Shown piece after piece: positions 46,592 through 56,257 of a stretch of DNA of 56,257 nucleotides. This stretch comes from Chthonomonadales bacterium (GTDB taxonomy: Bacteria; Armatimonadota; Chthonomonadetes; Chthonomonadales; CAJBBX01). The stretch is taken from contig JBMFSQ010000014.1 in assembly GCA_049967475.1 (NCBI GenBank), positions 1 to 56,257 on the forward strand, read 5' to 3'. The stretch's first letter is position 1. Each line of letters opens with the position of its first letter. A program made the position numbers and the translations under genes. Under the pieces are notes generated by a model, which saw only the letters and a list, made by a program, of their open reading frames with translations, was not told where the DNA came from and did not search any database.

Positions 46592-48930
46592 ACGCGGTGT
46601 GCCGACTGGCAGTGTTGGCATCCTTGCTTTTGTTCGGAGGATGGCCCATCGCTCCAGCCGGTGCCGGCCAAACGGCGGATGGGCTCCCCAAAAAGAATGC
46701 TCCCGCTGATGCACCCGAGAGCCGGCCGCAGTTGACGCCGCCCTCCGTTCAGCCTCCCCCACAAGGTCCGCCGTCTCCAGACATCGCCGAGATTACCTAC
46801 GAGGCGGGAACACTCGGGCCCAAGGGCCAGATCTCCGCGCGCAATGTACGCATCACCGTGGGTGAGTACACGGTGAGCGGAGGCCGGGCCGAAGGCGACC
46901 TGGATCATGAAGTGGTGCTTACGGAGGGTGCCACCCTTACCTACCGCGGGCAGGTGCTCAGCGGAGACGAGATACAGTTCTCACCTCACACCCGCGCATT
47001 CCGCATCCGAAACCTTCACACAGCCCTCACCCCCGAGTTCCTCAACTACCGCCTGCTTTCGCCGCTTTATCTCGCCGGAGGCGACATTCAGGGGAGCCGG
47101 CGCGGACCGATGACTGGGGAAGATTTGGACGTGACGACGTGCAACCGGCTCGATCCCCATTACAGCTTCAAAGCGCGCGAGCTTACCGTAGAGCCGGGCA
47201 AGCGCATCGTGCTCAAGCGCGCCCTCTTCACGCTGTGGAAGCACCAACTGGTGTCCCTGCCCACGCTCATCATTCCCCTGGATCGGCGCATCCAACGCCG
47301 GGCAGGCTACTCGCCCCAATTCGGCCGAACCGCCGAAGAGGGCTTCTTTATGAAATCCGCGCTCAATTACCTCATGGCAGACCGCGTTCCCGGATTGATA
47401 CGCCTGGACTTCATGGAGAAGAAGGGCGTCGGAACCGGCATCGAGCAAGATTGGAACCTCGCGCGCGCAGCCGGTCTGTTTGCCTTCTACGCCATCCCTA
47501 CCGGCGGCGTCAATCGAAACGTGTCGGGCCGCGTCAATAACCGGCTGGATCTCGGCTCGGGCCAAACCCTTACGTTGGGCGGAGACTTCCAGAAGAACAG
47601 CTATCTCTCCCTGCCCGAAACCACCAATTTTGCATCGCGAGTGGGATACGCGCGGAACGCCGCAGGTTTCACCACGTCTCTCAACCTCAACGAAATGGGA
47701 ACCGATTCTGCCGGTTACTCCACGCGATCCTTCACCGCCAACTTGTCCCAAACGGCGCGCATCTCTCGCTCGGTCAACGCGTCCCTCAACGCAGACTTCT
47801 CGGAGTTCCAGAGTTCCTCTAGTGCCGGATCTGTTCAACGAACGGATCAGCTTACAACCCGCTTTCTACTCGATGACAGCCACCCGAACTATGCCCTTCA
47901 GCTCGTCACATCGGGCAACATTGCCGTGGGGCGGGGAACCGCGCAATCCTTCTTCGGCGGGGTGGAACGCCTGCCGGAACTTGCCCTTACCAATTACCGC
48001 TTCAGCCACGGCTTCCTCAGCCGCATCCCCGCCACGTTCCAGCTCTCGGTAGGTCGCTTTGTTGAGGGGACCGGGCTCATAGGCGGCCCCTCGAATATCA
48101 GCACGGAGCGCGCGGTCGCCGGCTTCGACATCACGGGCATGCGCAGGCGGCTTGGAAGTCATGCCGACCTGAACCTCTCCGGAGGCTTCCAGCAATACTT
48201 CTATGGGGACGGAGCAGCACAATATGTCGTCAAGAACAGCGCAACCCTGACGGCTCGGTTTTGGAAGAACTCCGGCCTGCGCTTCGTATATAATTACCAG
48301 CGGCCGGAGGGTGGTTCTCCGTTTCGTTTCGATCGGCAGGGTGAGTTTCACACCCTTACGGCGGATGCCGGCTGGCTGGATGACCGGCGCCTGCAGCTTA
48401 CGGCCCGCGTCGGCTACGACTTTGCTCAATCCGGGTTTGCCGGCAGTCCGGCTCAGCCTTGGCAATCACTCTCCCTGAACCTTTTGGCACGGCCTGTGGA
48501 TTGGGCCCGCATCCAGCAACTGGTGTCCTTCGATCCCAACCGCGGCAAGATGATCGCTTTGACCAGCGACCTAAGGCTCCGGGGGCGCCATGACTTCTCT
48601 TTGGATATGGTGACACGCTACGATCCCCAGCGCAGCAAACTCGGTGCCGTGAACGCCCGGTTCAACGTTCCCATAGGAAGCGTCTGGCGCCTGCTGGGCA
48701 TCGTGCAGTACAACGGCTACCTCAACCGCTTCGAAAGCCGCAGCTTCCAGTTGATCCGCGATTTCCACTGCCTGGAGGCTTCTCTCACCTACATCGAGAA
48801 CCCGTTCGGCTTCCGGAGCGACCGGCAGATCCTCTTCCAGCTTCGCATCAAGGCGATACCGCTGTTCCAGGGCTTCGGCGTGGGCCAATTTGGACAGGCG
48901 TTGGACACGGGCCTGGGTGCGATTTACTGA
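46588..48930 (+). CDS. LptD/OstA-like outer-membrane LPS-assembly beta-barrel
   Basis: Signal peptide, TTC..PHY motif and many amphipathic strands. GTGA overlap with the permease gene. Confidence 0.8.
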   Translation: MNAVCRLAVLASLLLFGGWPIAPAGAGQTADGLPKKNAPADAPESRPQLTPPSVQPPPQGPPSPDIAEITYEAGTLGPKGQISARNVRITVGEYTVSGGRAEGDLDHEVVLTEGATLTYRGQVLSGDEIQFSPHTRAFRIRNLHTALTPEFLNYRLLSPLYLAGGDIQGSRRGPMTGEDLDVTTCNRLDPHYSFKARELTVEPGKRIVLKRALFTLWKHQLVSLPTLIIPLDRRIQRRAGYSPQFGRTAEEGFFMKSALNYLMADRVPGLIRLDFMEKKGVGTGIEQDWNLARAAGLFAFYAIPTGGVNRNVSGRVNNRLDLGSGQTLTLGGDFQKNSYLSLPETTNFASRVGYARNAAGFTTSLNLNEMGTDSAGYSTRSFTANLSQTARISRSVNASLNADFSEFQSSSSAGSVQRTDQLTTRFLLDDSHPNYALQLVTSGNIAVGRGTAQSFFGGVERLPELALTNYRFSHGFLSRIPATFQLSVGRFVEGTGLIGGPSNISTERAVAGFDITGMRRRLGSHADLNLSGGFQQYFYGDGAAQYVVKNSATLTARFWKNSGLRFVYNYQRPEGGSPFRFDRQGEFHTLTADAGWLDDRRLQLTARVGYDFAQSGFAGSPAQPWQSLSLNLLARPVDWARIQQLVSFDPNRGKMIALTSDLRLRGRHDFSLDMVTRYDPQRSKLGAVNARFNVPIGSVWRLLGIVQYNGYLNRFESRSFQLIRDFHCLEASLTYIENPFGFRSDRQILFQLRIKAIPLFQGFGVGQFGQALDTGLGAIY

Positions 48931-48952
48931 GGCGGGTGCGCACCGCCCGCGG

Positions 48953-50191
48953 TTACTCATGCCGCAGGGCTTCGATGGGATCCAGCCGGGCTGCCCGGAT
49001 GGCCGGGTAGATGCCGAAGAAAACTCCTACGAAGGCCGAGAATGCGAAGGCGCCCACAATGGACCACAGGGGCAGATGCACGGGAATTCCCGGATCGTTG
49101 TTGATGCCTCCCTTCATAAGGCGTTTGCTCACCGCACCTACGATCCAGGCCACCAAACCGCCCAACCCGATGCCCGCCAATCCGCCTGTGCCCGAAAGCG
49201 TGGCTGCTTCGATTAGGAACTGTACGAGTATGTCCCGGCGCTTGGCTCCCACTGCTTTGCGGATGCCGATCTCTCGCGTGCGCTCCGTAACCGACACCAA
49301 CATGATGTTCATAATGCCGATGCCGCCTACCAACAGCGCCAACCCCGCCACGCTGCCGATCACCAGGCCGAAGATGTTGAGCACCCGTCCGATGGCGTTG
49401 AGGATGTTCTCCTGGCTGTCCACTCGGAAGCCCGGAGCGTTGTTGTGCCGGCGCATGAGGCGCTGCCATACTTGATCCATGGCGGCGTTCACCATGGAGG
49501 AGTCCCTGGGCTGGGCCCAGATCATCCCTACGATCTCCCGGCCTACATACCGCTTCTGGATGGTGGTAATGGGCGCCAGCAAAGCCCGGTCCGCGTCCTC
49601 GCCTCCTGTGCGTCCCTTTGGCGCCAGAACGCCCACAACCGTCGTCGTGATGCCGCGCAATTCGATATCCTTGCCGATGGGGTCTTCGTTAGGAAAAAGT
49701 TCCGCGCGGATCTTGTCGCCGATTACGCAGACCTTTGCCCAGTTGTCTTCATCGTCCCAGGTGAGGAAGCGTCCGGCTACCACAGACACGTTGCGAAGGC
49801 GGGCGTAATCCGGCTGTACGCCTATTGGGCGGCACTTGCTCTCCCGGTCACGGTAGGTGGCGGGGATATCCTCTCCAACGGGAAGCTCCGCCGATATGGA
49901 TTGAATGAGATCGCACCCGCGGATGGCTCGCACGTCGTCCATCGTGAGGTTATCCACGCGTACGGCTTCTTTGTGGAGGCGGCTCTGCTCCGGCTCGTAG
50001 ACGATAATAATCAGTTTGGAGCCCAGCCGCTCGAATTCGCTCACCACTTTGGCGCGGGCGCCCTCCACAATCGCCACCATGACGATAACGGCGCTCACCC
50101 CTATGATGACGCCCAGCATCGTGAGGGCGGAACGGAGTTTGTTGGCCCGAAGGTTTGCGAGGGCCGTTTCCAAACTTCTTAGAAGGCTCAC
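48953..50191 (-). CDS. MacB/FtsX-family ABC permease
   Basis: RSALTMLGVIIG, GGIGIMNIM..ERTREIGIRKA and ALRHE. Confidence 0.93.
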   Translation of the reverse strand: MSLLRSLETALANLRANKLRSALTMLGVIIGVSAVIVMVAIVEGARAKVVSEFERLGSKLIIIVYEPEQSRLHKEAVRVDNLTMDDVRAIRGCDLIQSISAELPVGEDIPATYRDRESKCRPIGVQPDYARLRNVSVVAGRFLTWDDEDNWAKVCVIGDKIRAELFPNEDPIGKDIELRGITTTVVGVLAPKGRTGGEDADRALLAPITTIQKRYVGREIVGMIWAQPRDSSMVNAAMDQVWQRLMRRHNNAPGFRVDSQENILNAIGRVLNIFGLVIGSVAGLALLVGGIGIMNIMLVSVTERTREIGIRKAVGAKRRDILVQFLIEAATLSGTGGLAGIGLGGLVAWIVGAVSKRLMKGGINNDPGIPVHLPLWSIVGAFAFSAFVGVFFGIYPAIRAARLDPIEALRHE

Positions 50192-50209
50192 TGGGGCCTC
50201 CGGCTGGCG

Positions 50210-51895
50210 TTACTTCATGTCCAGGTCTATCTGACGCCGCTTTGGACCCGTGTAAGGCAGGGGCTTTACGCGGTCCCCTTCCTTAAGGCCCTTCACAATC
50301 TCTACGAAACTGTCACCCCGCAGTCCTGCCACAATCTTGCGCTGGGTGAACACCTCCCGCGGCCTGCCGTTGTTGGGGACTGTGGTCACCAGGGTTACCG
50401 ATGCATCGGAGCCGTCGCCTGCCACTCCGTCGGTGGGCAATCTCAGTACATTCTTTCTGCGGGCCACCACAATGGCGCACCGGGCGCTCATCCCGGGCTT
50501 GAGGCGCTCGTCGGGCCGATCCACAGCCACCTCCACGGCAAAGCGCACTACCCCTCCCTGCTGGGCGGGGTTCTGCTGCGCCAGAGCGCCGGATCCCTCG
50601 GCTGAGGGCGCTACACGCGTTACGTGCCCGCGGAAGAGCACACCGCGGACGCCGTCAATGGTAATCTCCACAGGGAGACCGGGCCGAACCTTGTGGACGT
50701 CCACCTCGTTGATGCTGATCTTTACCAGCATCTGCTGGAGGTCCGCCACTTGCACGATGGGCGTTCCGGATGAGAAGCTGCTCACGCCGGACATTACGAG
50801 CTCACCCTTCTCCACATACCGGCGCGTGACCACACCCGCCATGGGGGCGATGATCGTAGTGTCGCTCTGTTGAACCTGTACCTGCCGGAGCTGGTTCTCC
50901 AACTGGCTGACGACGGCTTGGGCCTGCATCACGTCGTCGAGCTTCATGCGGTCCTGCTTGCGCCCCGCTAGAGCAGCCTGCAAAGAGGCCTGCGCCTGAC
51001 GCACTGCAGCTTCTGCAGCGGCTGCCTCATGGGCATAGATGCTTACTTGGGCAAGGTTCTCGCGCGCCGTCTGAAGGGCGGCAGCCTGCTGGTTCACCTG
51101 GCTCTCCGCCTCGGCCAGCTCCATGCGGTTTTGTTGGCCTATCAAGTCCAACTTCGCCTTGGCCTGATCCAGCCTCGCCTTGGCCGAAGCGAGGTCGGCT
51201 TGAGCCGCATCCACAGCCTGCTGAGACACGAAGCCTCGCTCCAACAGGCGCTCCTGACGCTGCAGGTTGCGCCGTGCTGCCAATTCCGCTGCCTTGGCCT
51301 CTTCATAACCCGATTGTGCCTGAACGAGGGCCTGGGGGTGGGTGGAGGTCTTCAAAAGGTTCAGGCGGTCCTGTGCCGCTTTGAGGGAGGCTTCAGCTTG
51401 GGCCACGGCGCTGCGGGTGAGGCCGGGCTGGGTGCGGCTCTGCTCCCGGGCTACCTCCAACCGCTCCTGAGCAGTACGGAGGTTCTCCCGCGCTTCCTTG
51501 ATGGCGGCATCGGTTTGGTTCACCTGCCAGGAGGCCGCCCTCACGGCCTGCTCATAGCGGGCGCGGGCGCCGTCCAACTGGGCTTTGATCTGGGCAACCT
51601 GGCTGTTGATCTCGGTAGGATCAATCTTCGCCAACACCTGACCGGGCCGAACCACGGATCCTTCGTCCACGTACAGTTGGGCGATGCGGCCGGCCACCTT
51701 CGATTTGACGTCTATCTTCTTCAGCGGCTCGATGGAACCCGTTTCGGTTACTTCAATCTCAACATTTCCCCGGTCCACTGTTTCAAAGTGTTGGAGCGGG
51801 GGCGGAGTGCTCATGAGAGCGTGGACGGCATACCAGATGCCAGCACCTGCCATAGCCAGCGCAGCGGTGCAGCCAAGGACGAACCTTCGTTTCAT
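50210..51895 (-). CDS. Efflux periplasmic adaptor (MacA/HlyD family) with a long coiled coil
   Basis: VKSKVAG lipoyl half-motifs, APMAG and LKPGMSA. Confidence 0.9.
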   Translation of the reverse strand: MKRRFVLGCTAALAMAGAGIWYAVHALMSTPPPLQHFETVDRGNVEIEVTETGSIEPLKKIDVKSKVAGRIAQLYVDEGSVVRPGQVLAKIDPTEINSQVAQIKAQLDGARARYEQAVRAASWQVNQTDAAIKEARENLRTAQERLEVAREQSRTQPGLTRSAVAQAEASLKAAQDRLNLLKTSTHPQALVQAQSGYEEAKAAELAARRNLQRQERLLERGFVSQQAVDAAQADLASAKARLDQAKAKLDLIGQQNRMELAEAESQVNQQAAALQTARENLAQVSIYAHEAAAAEAAVRQAQASLQAALAGRKQDRMKLDDVMQAQAVVSQLENQLRQVQVQQSDTTIIAPMAGVVTRRYVEKGELVMSGVSSFSSGTPIVQVADLQQMLVKISINEVDVHKVRPGLPVEITIDGVRGVLFRGHVTRVAPSAEGSGALAQQNPAQQGGVVRFAVEVAVDRPDERLKPGMSARCAIVVARRKNVLRLPTDGVAGDGSDASVTLVTTVPNNGRPREVFTQRKIVAGLRGDSFVEIVKGLKEGDRVKPLPYTGPKRRQIDLDMK

Positions 51896-52059
51896 ATTTC
51901 CTTCACGCGGGGGTGCGCGGCATGCCCTTAGACACGCCGCCTGCTGAAACCATTACGGCTAGGCTGGTCCCCAGGTTTCGCGGCCCCTCATGATGCTACG
52001 GGGCAAACACCGGCGCGCGCACCTCGGAACAGCGCCGATGAAGGGGGCGGCGATCCCAC

Positions 52060-53397
52060 TTAGCGGGCGACCCCAGGAGAGGAAAAGGTTACACCCAGCT
52101 TCTTGAGAGCCTCTTCAATGCGCTGATCGCCCGGTTCATACCCCACGATGGCTGCTGCGACCTTTCCGCTGCGGTCAATGATGTAGGTGGTGGGAATGGC
52201 ATTCACCTTGTACTTGGATGCCGCGATGCTCTTGGAGGGATCGCGCTCCCCTGGATCGAAGGCAAAGGTAAAGGTGTACTTGCCGCTGTTCGCAGGGACC
52301 CATTGATCGTAAGCTTGCCGGTTGTCAAATGAGCATAGGGCCACCGCTTCTATGCCCTGGCCCTTGGCGGCGCGGTAGACCTGTTCCAGATGCGGCATGG
52401 ATGCGCGGCAGGGGCCGCACCAGGTGGCCCAGAAATCCAGCAAGACGATCTTGCCCTTGTAATCCGAAAGCTTCAGCGTTCCGCCACCCCATTTCGGTAC
52501 CTCGAAATCCGGTGCCGGGGTACCGCCGGCAAGGAGTTCGCCTCCCATGCTTTCTTTGGGAGCGTAGACCGGCCTTTTCGTGCTGCGAAGCTCCACCTGG
52601 GAGCCGTCCACACTGATGTTCGCCAACACAACGTTCCCGCTGAGCTTGAACGGAGCCCGGGCATCAAAGATCTCTGGACCATCCTTGGAATTGGCGAACT
52701 TGCCGTCATCGTTCACGTCAATCATCAGCCAGATCGGTCGCGTTTGTCGCCCGCCGGCAACCGGCTTTCCATCGTCCGTGATGGGCTTGGTGAACAGGGC
52801 ATCGGCATCATTCTCCACAAGGAGCACTTTGTGCGATTTTCCGTCCAGCGTGATCGTCCCGGTCCGGGCCGCCGTGCGGTACATCAGTAAGGGTTTAAGG
52901 TCTGCGAAGCGATAGAGGGCGATGCCGTAATCCCCTGAACTGGTCTCCTTCACAGCAGAACCCCACGATGCGCGCAGGTGATACGTGTTTGGCCCATACA
53001 GCGTGCGCCCATTTCGCTGGACTTTGCGGCTCCACGCGCCAGTCCCATCATCGGTGAGATCGCCGTTCCGGTTCGCGTCCACGTAGATGCGCCACTCCCC
53101 CTGCGCGGGCTCGTCCAAGGCGATCAAATAGGCGGAACGCGGTCCGTTACCCAGATGCACCACAGCATACTTTGGGGAGCCGGCGTAGGAGGGTTCTTTG
53201 CGGATGCCCGGCGGCTTCTGAGTGGTGAGGGATATCTGGATGGGGTAATAGGGCAGGCCGTTGGCGGCCTCCACCTCCATTCTAAGGGGACCGAGCCTTA
53301 TGGGAAGCTGCAGCCCTGTCGGCGCCGATGCCCAGGCGCACAAACCCGTGCCGACCAGAAGTCCGAAGGCGCAAAGCGTGGAACGGAAGCTCGTCAT
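52060..53397 (-). CDS. Exported TlpA-family thiol-disulfide oxidoreductase with an N-terminal extension
   Basis: DFWATWCGPC, IPT motif and a signal peptide. Confidence 0.88.
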   Translation of the reverse strand: MTSFRSTLCAFGLLVGTGLCAWASAPTGLQLPIRLGPLRMEVEAANGLPYYPIQISLTTQKPPGIRKEPSYAGSPKYAVVHLGNGPRSAYLIALDEPAQGEWRIYVDANRNGDLTDDGTGAWSRKVQRNGRTLYGPNTYHLRASWGSAVKETSSGDYGIALYRFADLKPLLMYRTAARTGTITLDGKSHKVLLVENDADALFTKPITDDGKPVAGGRQTRPIWLMIDVNDDGKFANSKDGPEIFDARAPFKLSGNVVLANISVDGSQVELRSTKRPVYAPKESMGGELLAGGTPAPDFEVPKWGGGTLKLSDYKGKIVLLDFWATWCGPCRASMPHLEQVYRAAKGQGIEAVALCSFDNRQAYDQWVPANSGKYTFTFAFDPGERDPSKSIAASKYKVNAIPTTYIIDRSGKVAAAIVGYEPGDQRIEEALKKLGVTFSSPGVAR

Positions 53398-53610
53398 GGA
53401 AGCATTCTCCTCGCAGCATGGGTGGCGGTGCTGCTAGGCATTATAAGGATTGATTGAGCGTTCTGTCAAATGCTCTTTTTCCGCTCTCGCCGGGGATGGG
53501 GCGCTCCAACACGGAGCGGGTAGAATGGAATAGTTGGCGGCTCAATCCGTTAGTCCGCAGCGTGCGGCGCTTGCTTCGGTTCCATAGTTCTTCTTGTTCG
53601 GGAGCTACCG

Positions 53611-54426
53611 GTGCGCATCTTTTGCGATCCCCTTGGTGATTTCGTAGACGTCCCGCACTCCCCGCAGCGCATCGTGAGCCTCGTGTCTTCGGCTACCGAG
53701 ATCATCGCAGCGGTGGGGCATATCAGCCGCGTCGCAGGCGTGTCTTCCTATTGCCCGCGCTATGTGGATGGACTTTCTGCCCCAATCGTCGGGGATTATC
53801 TCCGGGTAGATGAAGCGCTCCTCCGGAGTATTCAGCCCGATCTCGTGCTTACAACCACCGGCGTTCAGCGCGGCCTGGCCCGCAAGCTTCATGCAGGCGG
53901 CTATCCCGTTTATGTGCTGCCGCTCCCCAACAGCATTTGGTCCATTCTGGATGGCGTCCTGCTGATCGGAGGGCTTCTGGATGCGCTGCCGGAGGCACAA
54001 CGGCTGGCAGACCGATGGGGCGAGTGGTTCTCGCGGATGGTGTGTTCCGCTCCCCAACCGCCTCCCCGCGTCTATGCAGAGCTTTGGTTCGGACGGCATG
54101 TGCGGATGCCGGGAGGGCTCACCTTCGTGTCGGATCTCATCAGGGCTGCAGGCGGAACACCCCTCTTCTGCGATGTCCCGGCAGCCTATCTTCCCCTGGA
54201 TCTGAACGCCGTGGATGCTCGCGCTCCAGCCGTGGCTCTTTTCTTTTCCGAGCCGGAGTACCCTGTAGATGGGCTCAGCCTGGCCCAGGAGCGCGGCTGG
54301 TTGAAACGATGGCCGCATCTGCGGGTGATCCAGTCCACCGTTGAGCGCGGCCGCAACCTCATCCACGACGGGCCCTCGTTTATGGATACTGCCGAATGGC
54401 TTCGGATGCAAATCCAAGCTGGTTAG
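53611..54426 (+). CDS. Helical-backbone metal receptor (BtuF-like)
   Basis: PQRIVSLVSSATE, PDLV and DLIRAAGG. No clear signal peptide. Confidence 0.8.
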   Translation: MRIFCDPLGDFVDVPHSPQRIVSLVSSATEIIAAVGHISRVAGVSSYCPRYVDGLSAPIVGDYLRVDEALLRSIQPDLVLTTTGVQRGLARKLHAGGYPVYVLPLPNSIWSILDGVLLIGGLLDALPEAQRLADRWGEWFSRMVCSAPQPPPRVYAELWFGRHVRMPGGLTFVSDLIRAAGGTPLFCDVPAAYLPLDLNAVDARAPAVALFFSEPEYPVDGLSLAQERGWLKRWPHLRVIQSTVERGRNLIHDGPSFMDTAEWLRMQIQAG

Positions 54427-54582
54427 GTTTGCAGGTAGGGGACACTTCGGCCGCCCGATGTGCGTATGAAGGTGAAGAGCATGCAACAGTTGGCCGATAA
54501 CACACCCGGGGGCAGGGAGATGCAGTCGGCGCGCTGAACTGTCCCTGGGCATCTTAGATCACGTTGATTCGAGGAGGAATCA

Positions 54583-55878
54583 ATGAGCGTTTCCGCAACC
54601 ATGGAACGCAGGCGTCGCAACGGTGCGGCCCGCGAGAACATCAACCCCTATCAAATCGCTCTCCAGCAACTTGCCATTGCCGCAGAACGCCTCGGATTGG
54701 ATCCCGGGCTCCACGAAGTTCTCAAACACCCGAAACGCGAGCTCACAGTCAACTTCCCTGTGAAGATGGACAACGGCTCTACCCGCGTCTTTACAGGCTA
54801 CCGAGTGCAGCACAACCTCTCCCGAGGTCCCGCCAAAGGAGGGATCCGCTACAGCCCCAATACCGATCTGGACGAAGTGCGGGCTCTCGCCATGTGGATG
54901 ACTTGGAAATCCGCCATCGTAGATCTTCCGTTCGGCGGCGCCAAGGGAGGGGTGGTTGTGGACCCGCGTGCGCTCAGCATAGCGGAGCTTGAGCGCATGA
55001 CGCGCCGCTACACCACGGAGATCAGCCTTCTCATCGGTCCCGACACGGATATCCCGGCTCCTGATGTGGCAACGAACCCCCAGGTGATGGCTTGGATCAT
55101 GGACACCTATTCCATGCATCGAGGGCATACATATCCGGCGGTGGTGACGGGCAAACCCATCGCTATAGGGGGCTCCGAGGGGAGGCAGGACGCCACGGGC
55201 CGCGGCGTAGTGATCATCGCCAGAGAAGCAGCGCGAGAGCTCGGCATTTCTCTACCCAAAGCGACCGTTGCCGTTCAGGGCTTCGGCAATGTAGGCGCCG
55301 TTGCAGCGCGCATCTTCCACGAAGCGGGAGCCAAAGTCGTGGCCGTGTGTGACAGCATCGGCGGCCTCTATAACCCGAACGGGCTGGATATCCCTGCCCT
55401 CCTCGACTGCTCCCATCGAGACGGTACGCTGGCAACCCATCCTGGCGGCGAGCCGGTGTCTGCATCCGAACTGCTGGAACTCGACGTGGACATCCTGGTG
55501 CCCGCCGCAACGGAGAGCCAGATCACCGGCGACAATGCCGAGCGCATATCGGCAAAGCTCGTGATCGAAGGAGCCAATGGGCCCACTACGCCGCTTGCGG
55601 ATCGCATCCTCTATGAGCGCGGCGTGTTCCTGGTACCCGATGTGCTCGCCAATGCCGGCGGCGTCATCGTGTCGTACTTCGAATGGGTGCAGGATCTTCA
55701 GAGCTACTTCTGGGCCGAGAGTGAAGTGAACAGCCGCATGGAACAGATGCTCCTGCGGGCCTACAAGAACGTACGGGCCACTGCTTCCCGGGAGAGTGTG
55801 GATATGCGCACTGCGGCCTACCTCGTTGGGGTGCAGCGCGTAGCCGAGGCCACGCTCCTACGCGGCATCTATCCTTGA
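54583..55878 (+). CDS. gdhA: Glu/Leu/Phe/Val dehydrogenase (glutamate dehydrogenase)
   Basis: GPAKGGIR, FGGAKGG, DIPAPD, QGFGNVG and VSYFEW. Confidence 0.95.
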   Translation: MSVSATMERRRRNGAARENINPYQIALQQLAIAAERLGLDPGLHEVLKHPKRELTVNFPVKMDNGSTRVFTGYRVQHNLSRGPAKGGIRYSPNTDLDEVRALAMWMTWKSAIVDLPFGGAKGGVVVDPRALSIAELERMTRRYTTEISLLIGPDTDIPAPDVATNPQVMAWIMDTYSMHRGHTYPAVVTGKPIAIGGSEGRQDATGRGVVIIAREAARELGISLPKATVAVQGFGNVGAVAARIFHEAGAKVVAVCDSIGGLYNPNGLDIPALLDCSHRDGTLATHPGGEPVSASELLELDVDILVPAATESQITGDNAERISAKLVIEGANGPTTPLADRILYERGVFLVPDVLANAGGVIVSYFEWVQDLQSYFWAESEVNSRMEQMLLRAYKNVRATASRESVDMRTAAYLVGVQRVAEATLLRGIYP

Positions 55879-56062
55879 GCCGTGCCAACGACGGCCGGGC
55901 ATCAACGAAAGGCGCGCCGGTTAACGTCTTTGCATCTCTGCACCCGTGGCTACCGCCGTTTCCACGGCCGAGTGTGCCGTTCTGAGAGGCAACGTGACAA
56001 AAGACGCATGCCCTGGACCTTAGTGGCGCCGCCGGTTGTAATCTCGCAACCAACAGACGAAC

Positions 56063-56096
56063 ACAGGGCCGGTGACGGGATGACCACCGGCCCTGT
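56063..56096. terminator. Hairpin between convergent genes
   Basis: 12-bp stem ACAGGGCCGGTG / CACCGGCCCTGT. Confidence 0.6.
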
Positions 56097-56125
56097 AGAG
56101 CGTTCCTCCAAGGCACTTCCGAAGA

Positions 56126-56257
56126 TTACTTCTTCTTCGGTGTTGCTTTCTTGGCCGCAGTTTTCTTGACTACCTTCTTGACGGGGGCCTTCTTGGCTGC
56201 ACCCTTCTTGACTACCTTCTTGACGGGGGCCTTCTTGGCTGCACCCTTCTTGACTAC
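56126..56257 (-). CDS. 3' end of a Lys/Ala-rich histone H1-like protein (partial)
   Basis: Reads VVKKGAAKKAPVKK-VVKKGAAKKAPVKK-VVKKTAAKKATPKKK-stop. Confidence 0.8.
   Translation of the reverse strand, partial: VVKKGAAKKAPVKKVVKKGAAKKAPVKKVVKKTAAKKATPKKK
56174..56257. repeat. 42-bp coding tandem repeat (2 exact copies plus an adjacent degenerate copy)
   Basis: CTTCTTGACGGGGGCCTTCTTGGCTGCACCCTTCTTGACTAC at 56174 and 56216. Confidence 0.95.

Noticed and set aside
53398..53610. Cobalamin riboswitch before the BtuF-like gene
   Set aside because: No B12-box or GGGAA..GGTG core found.
56174..56257. CRISPR array
   Set aside because: Contiguous in-frame repeats with no spacers.

Overview
GC-rich diderm bacterial chromosome segment. 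Gene content (prepilin-type DUF1559/H-X9-DG protein, many glycoside hydrolases, LptD/LptFG, FlgM) suggests Armatimonadota; this is inference, not a database result. The main feature is an eight-gene minus-strand cluster (7084-14449): tusA, a Cys-remodelled MvhD-like gene, two complementary hdrA paralogues, a winged-helix protein, a QmoC-like Fe-S/heme-b membrane subunit, a DsrE-family protein and a FadL-type outer-membrane channel. It has no hdrB, aprAB, dsrAB or hydrogenase gene in the window. A near-consensus sigma70 promoter with a palindromic operator lies upstream, and a Rex-type box precedes the channel gene. This is a candidate uncharacterised Qmo/Hdr-like sulfane-sulfur redox system. 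At the left edge, a TGT-ended putative transposon appears to truncate a phosphoesterase gene and carries an unrecognised ORF. Other content: a c-di-GMP-I riboswitch in front of flgM, parAB with a parS-like site, GH106 and GH78 rhamnosidases, a DUF4185/dual GHMP-kinase operon, hemL, mntH-USP, a LytS/LytTR pair flanking a cytochrome c, gdhA and a Lys/Ala-rich histone-like repeat at the right edge. No rRNA, tRNA or CRISPR array was seen.
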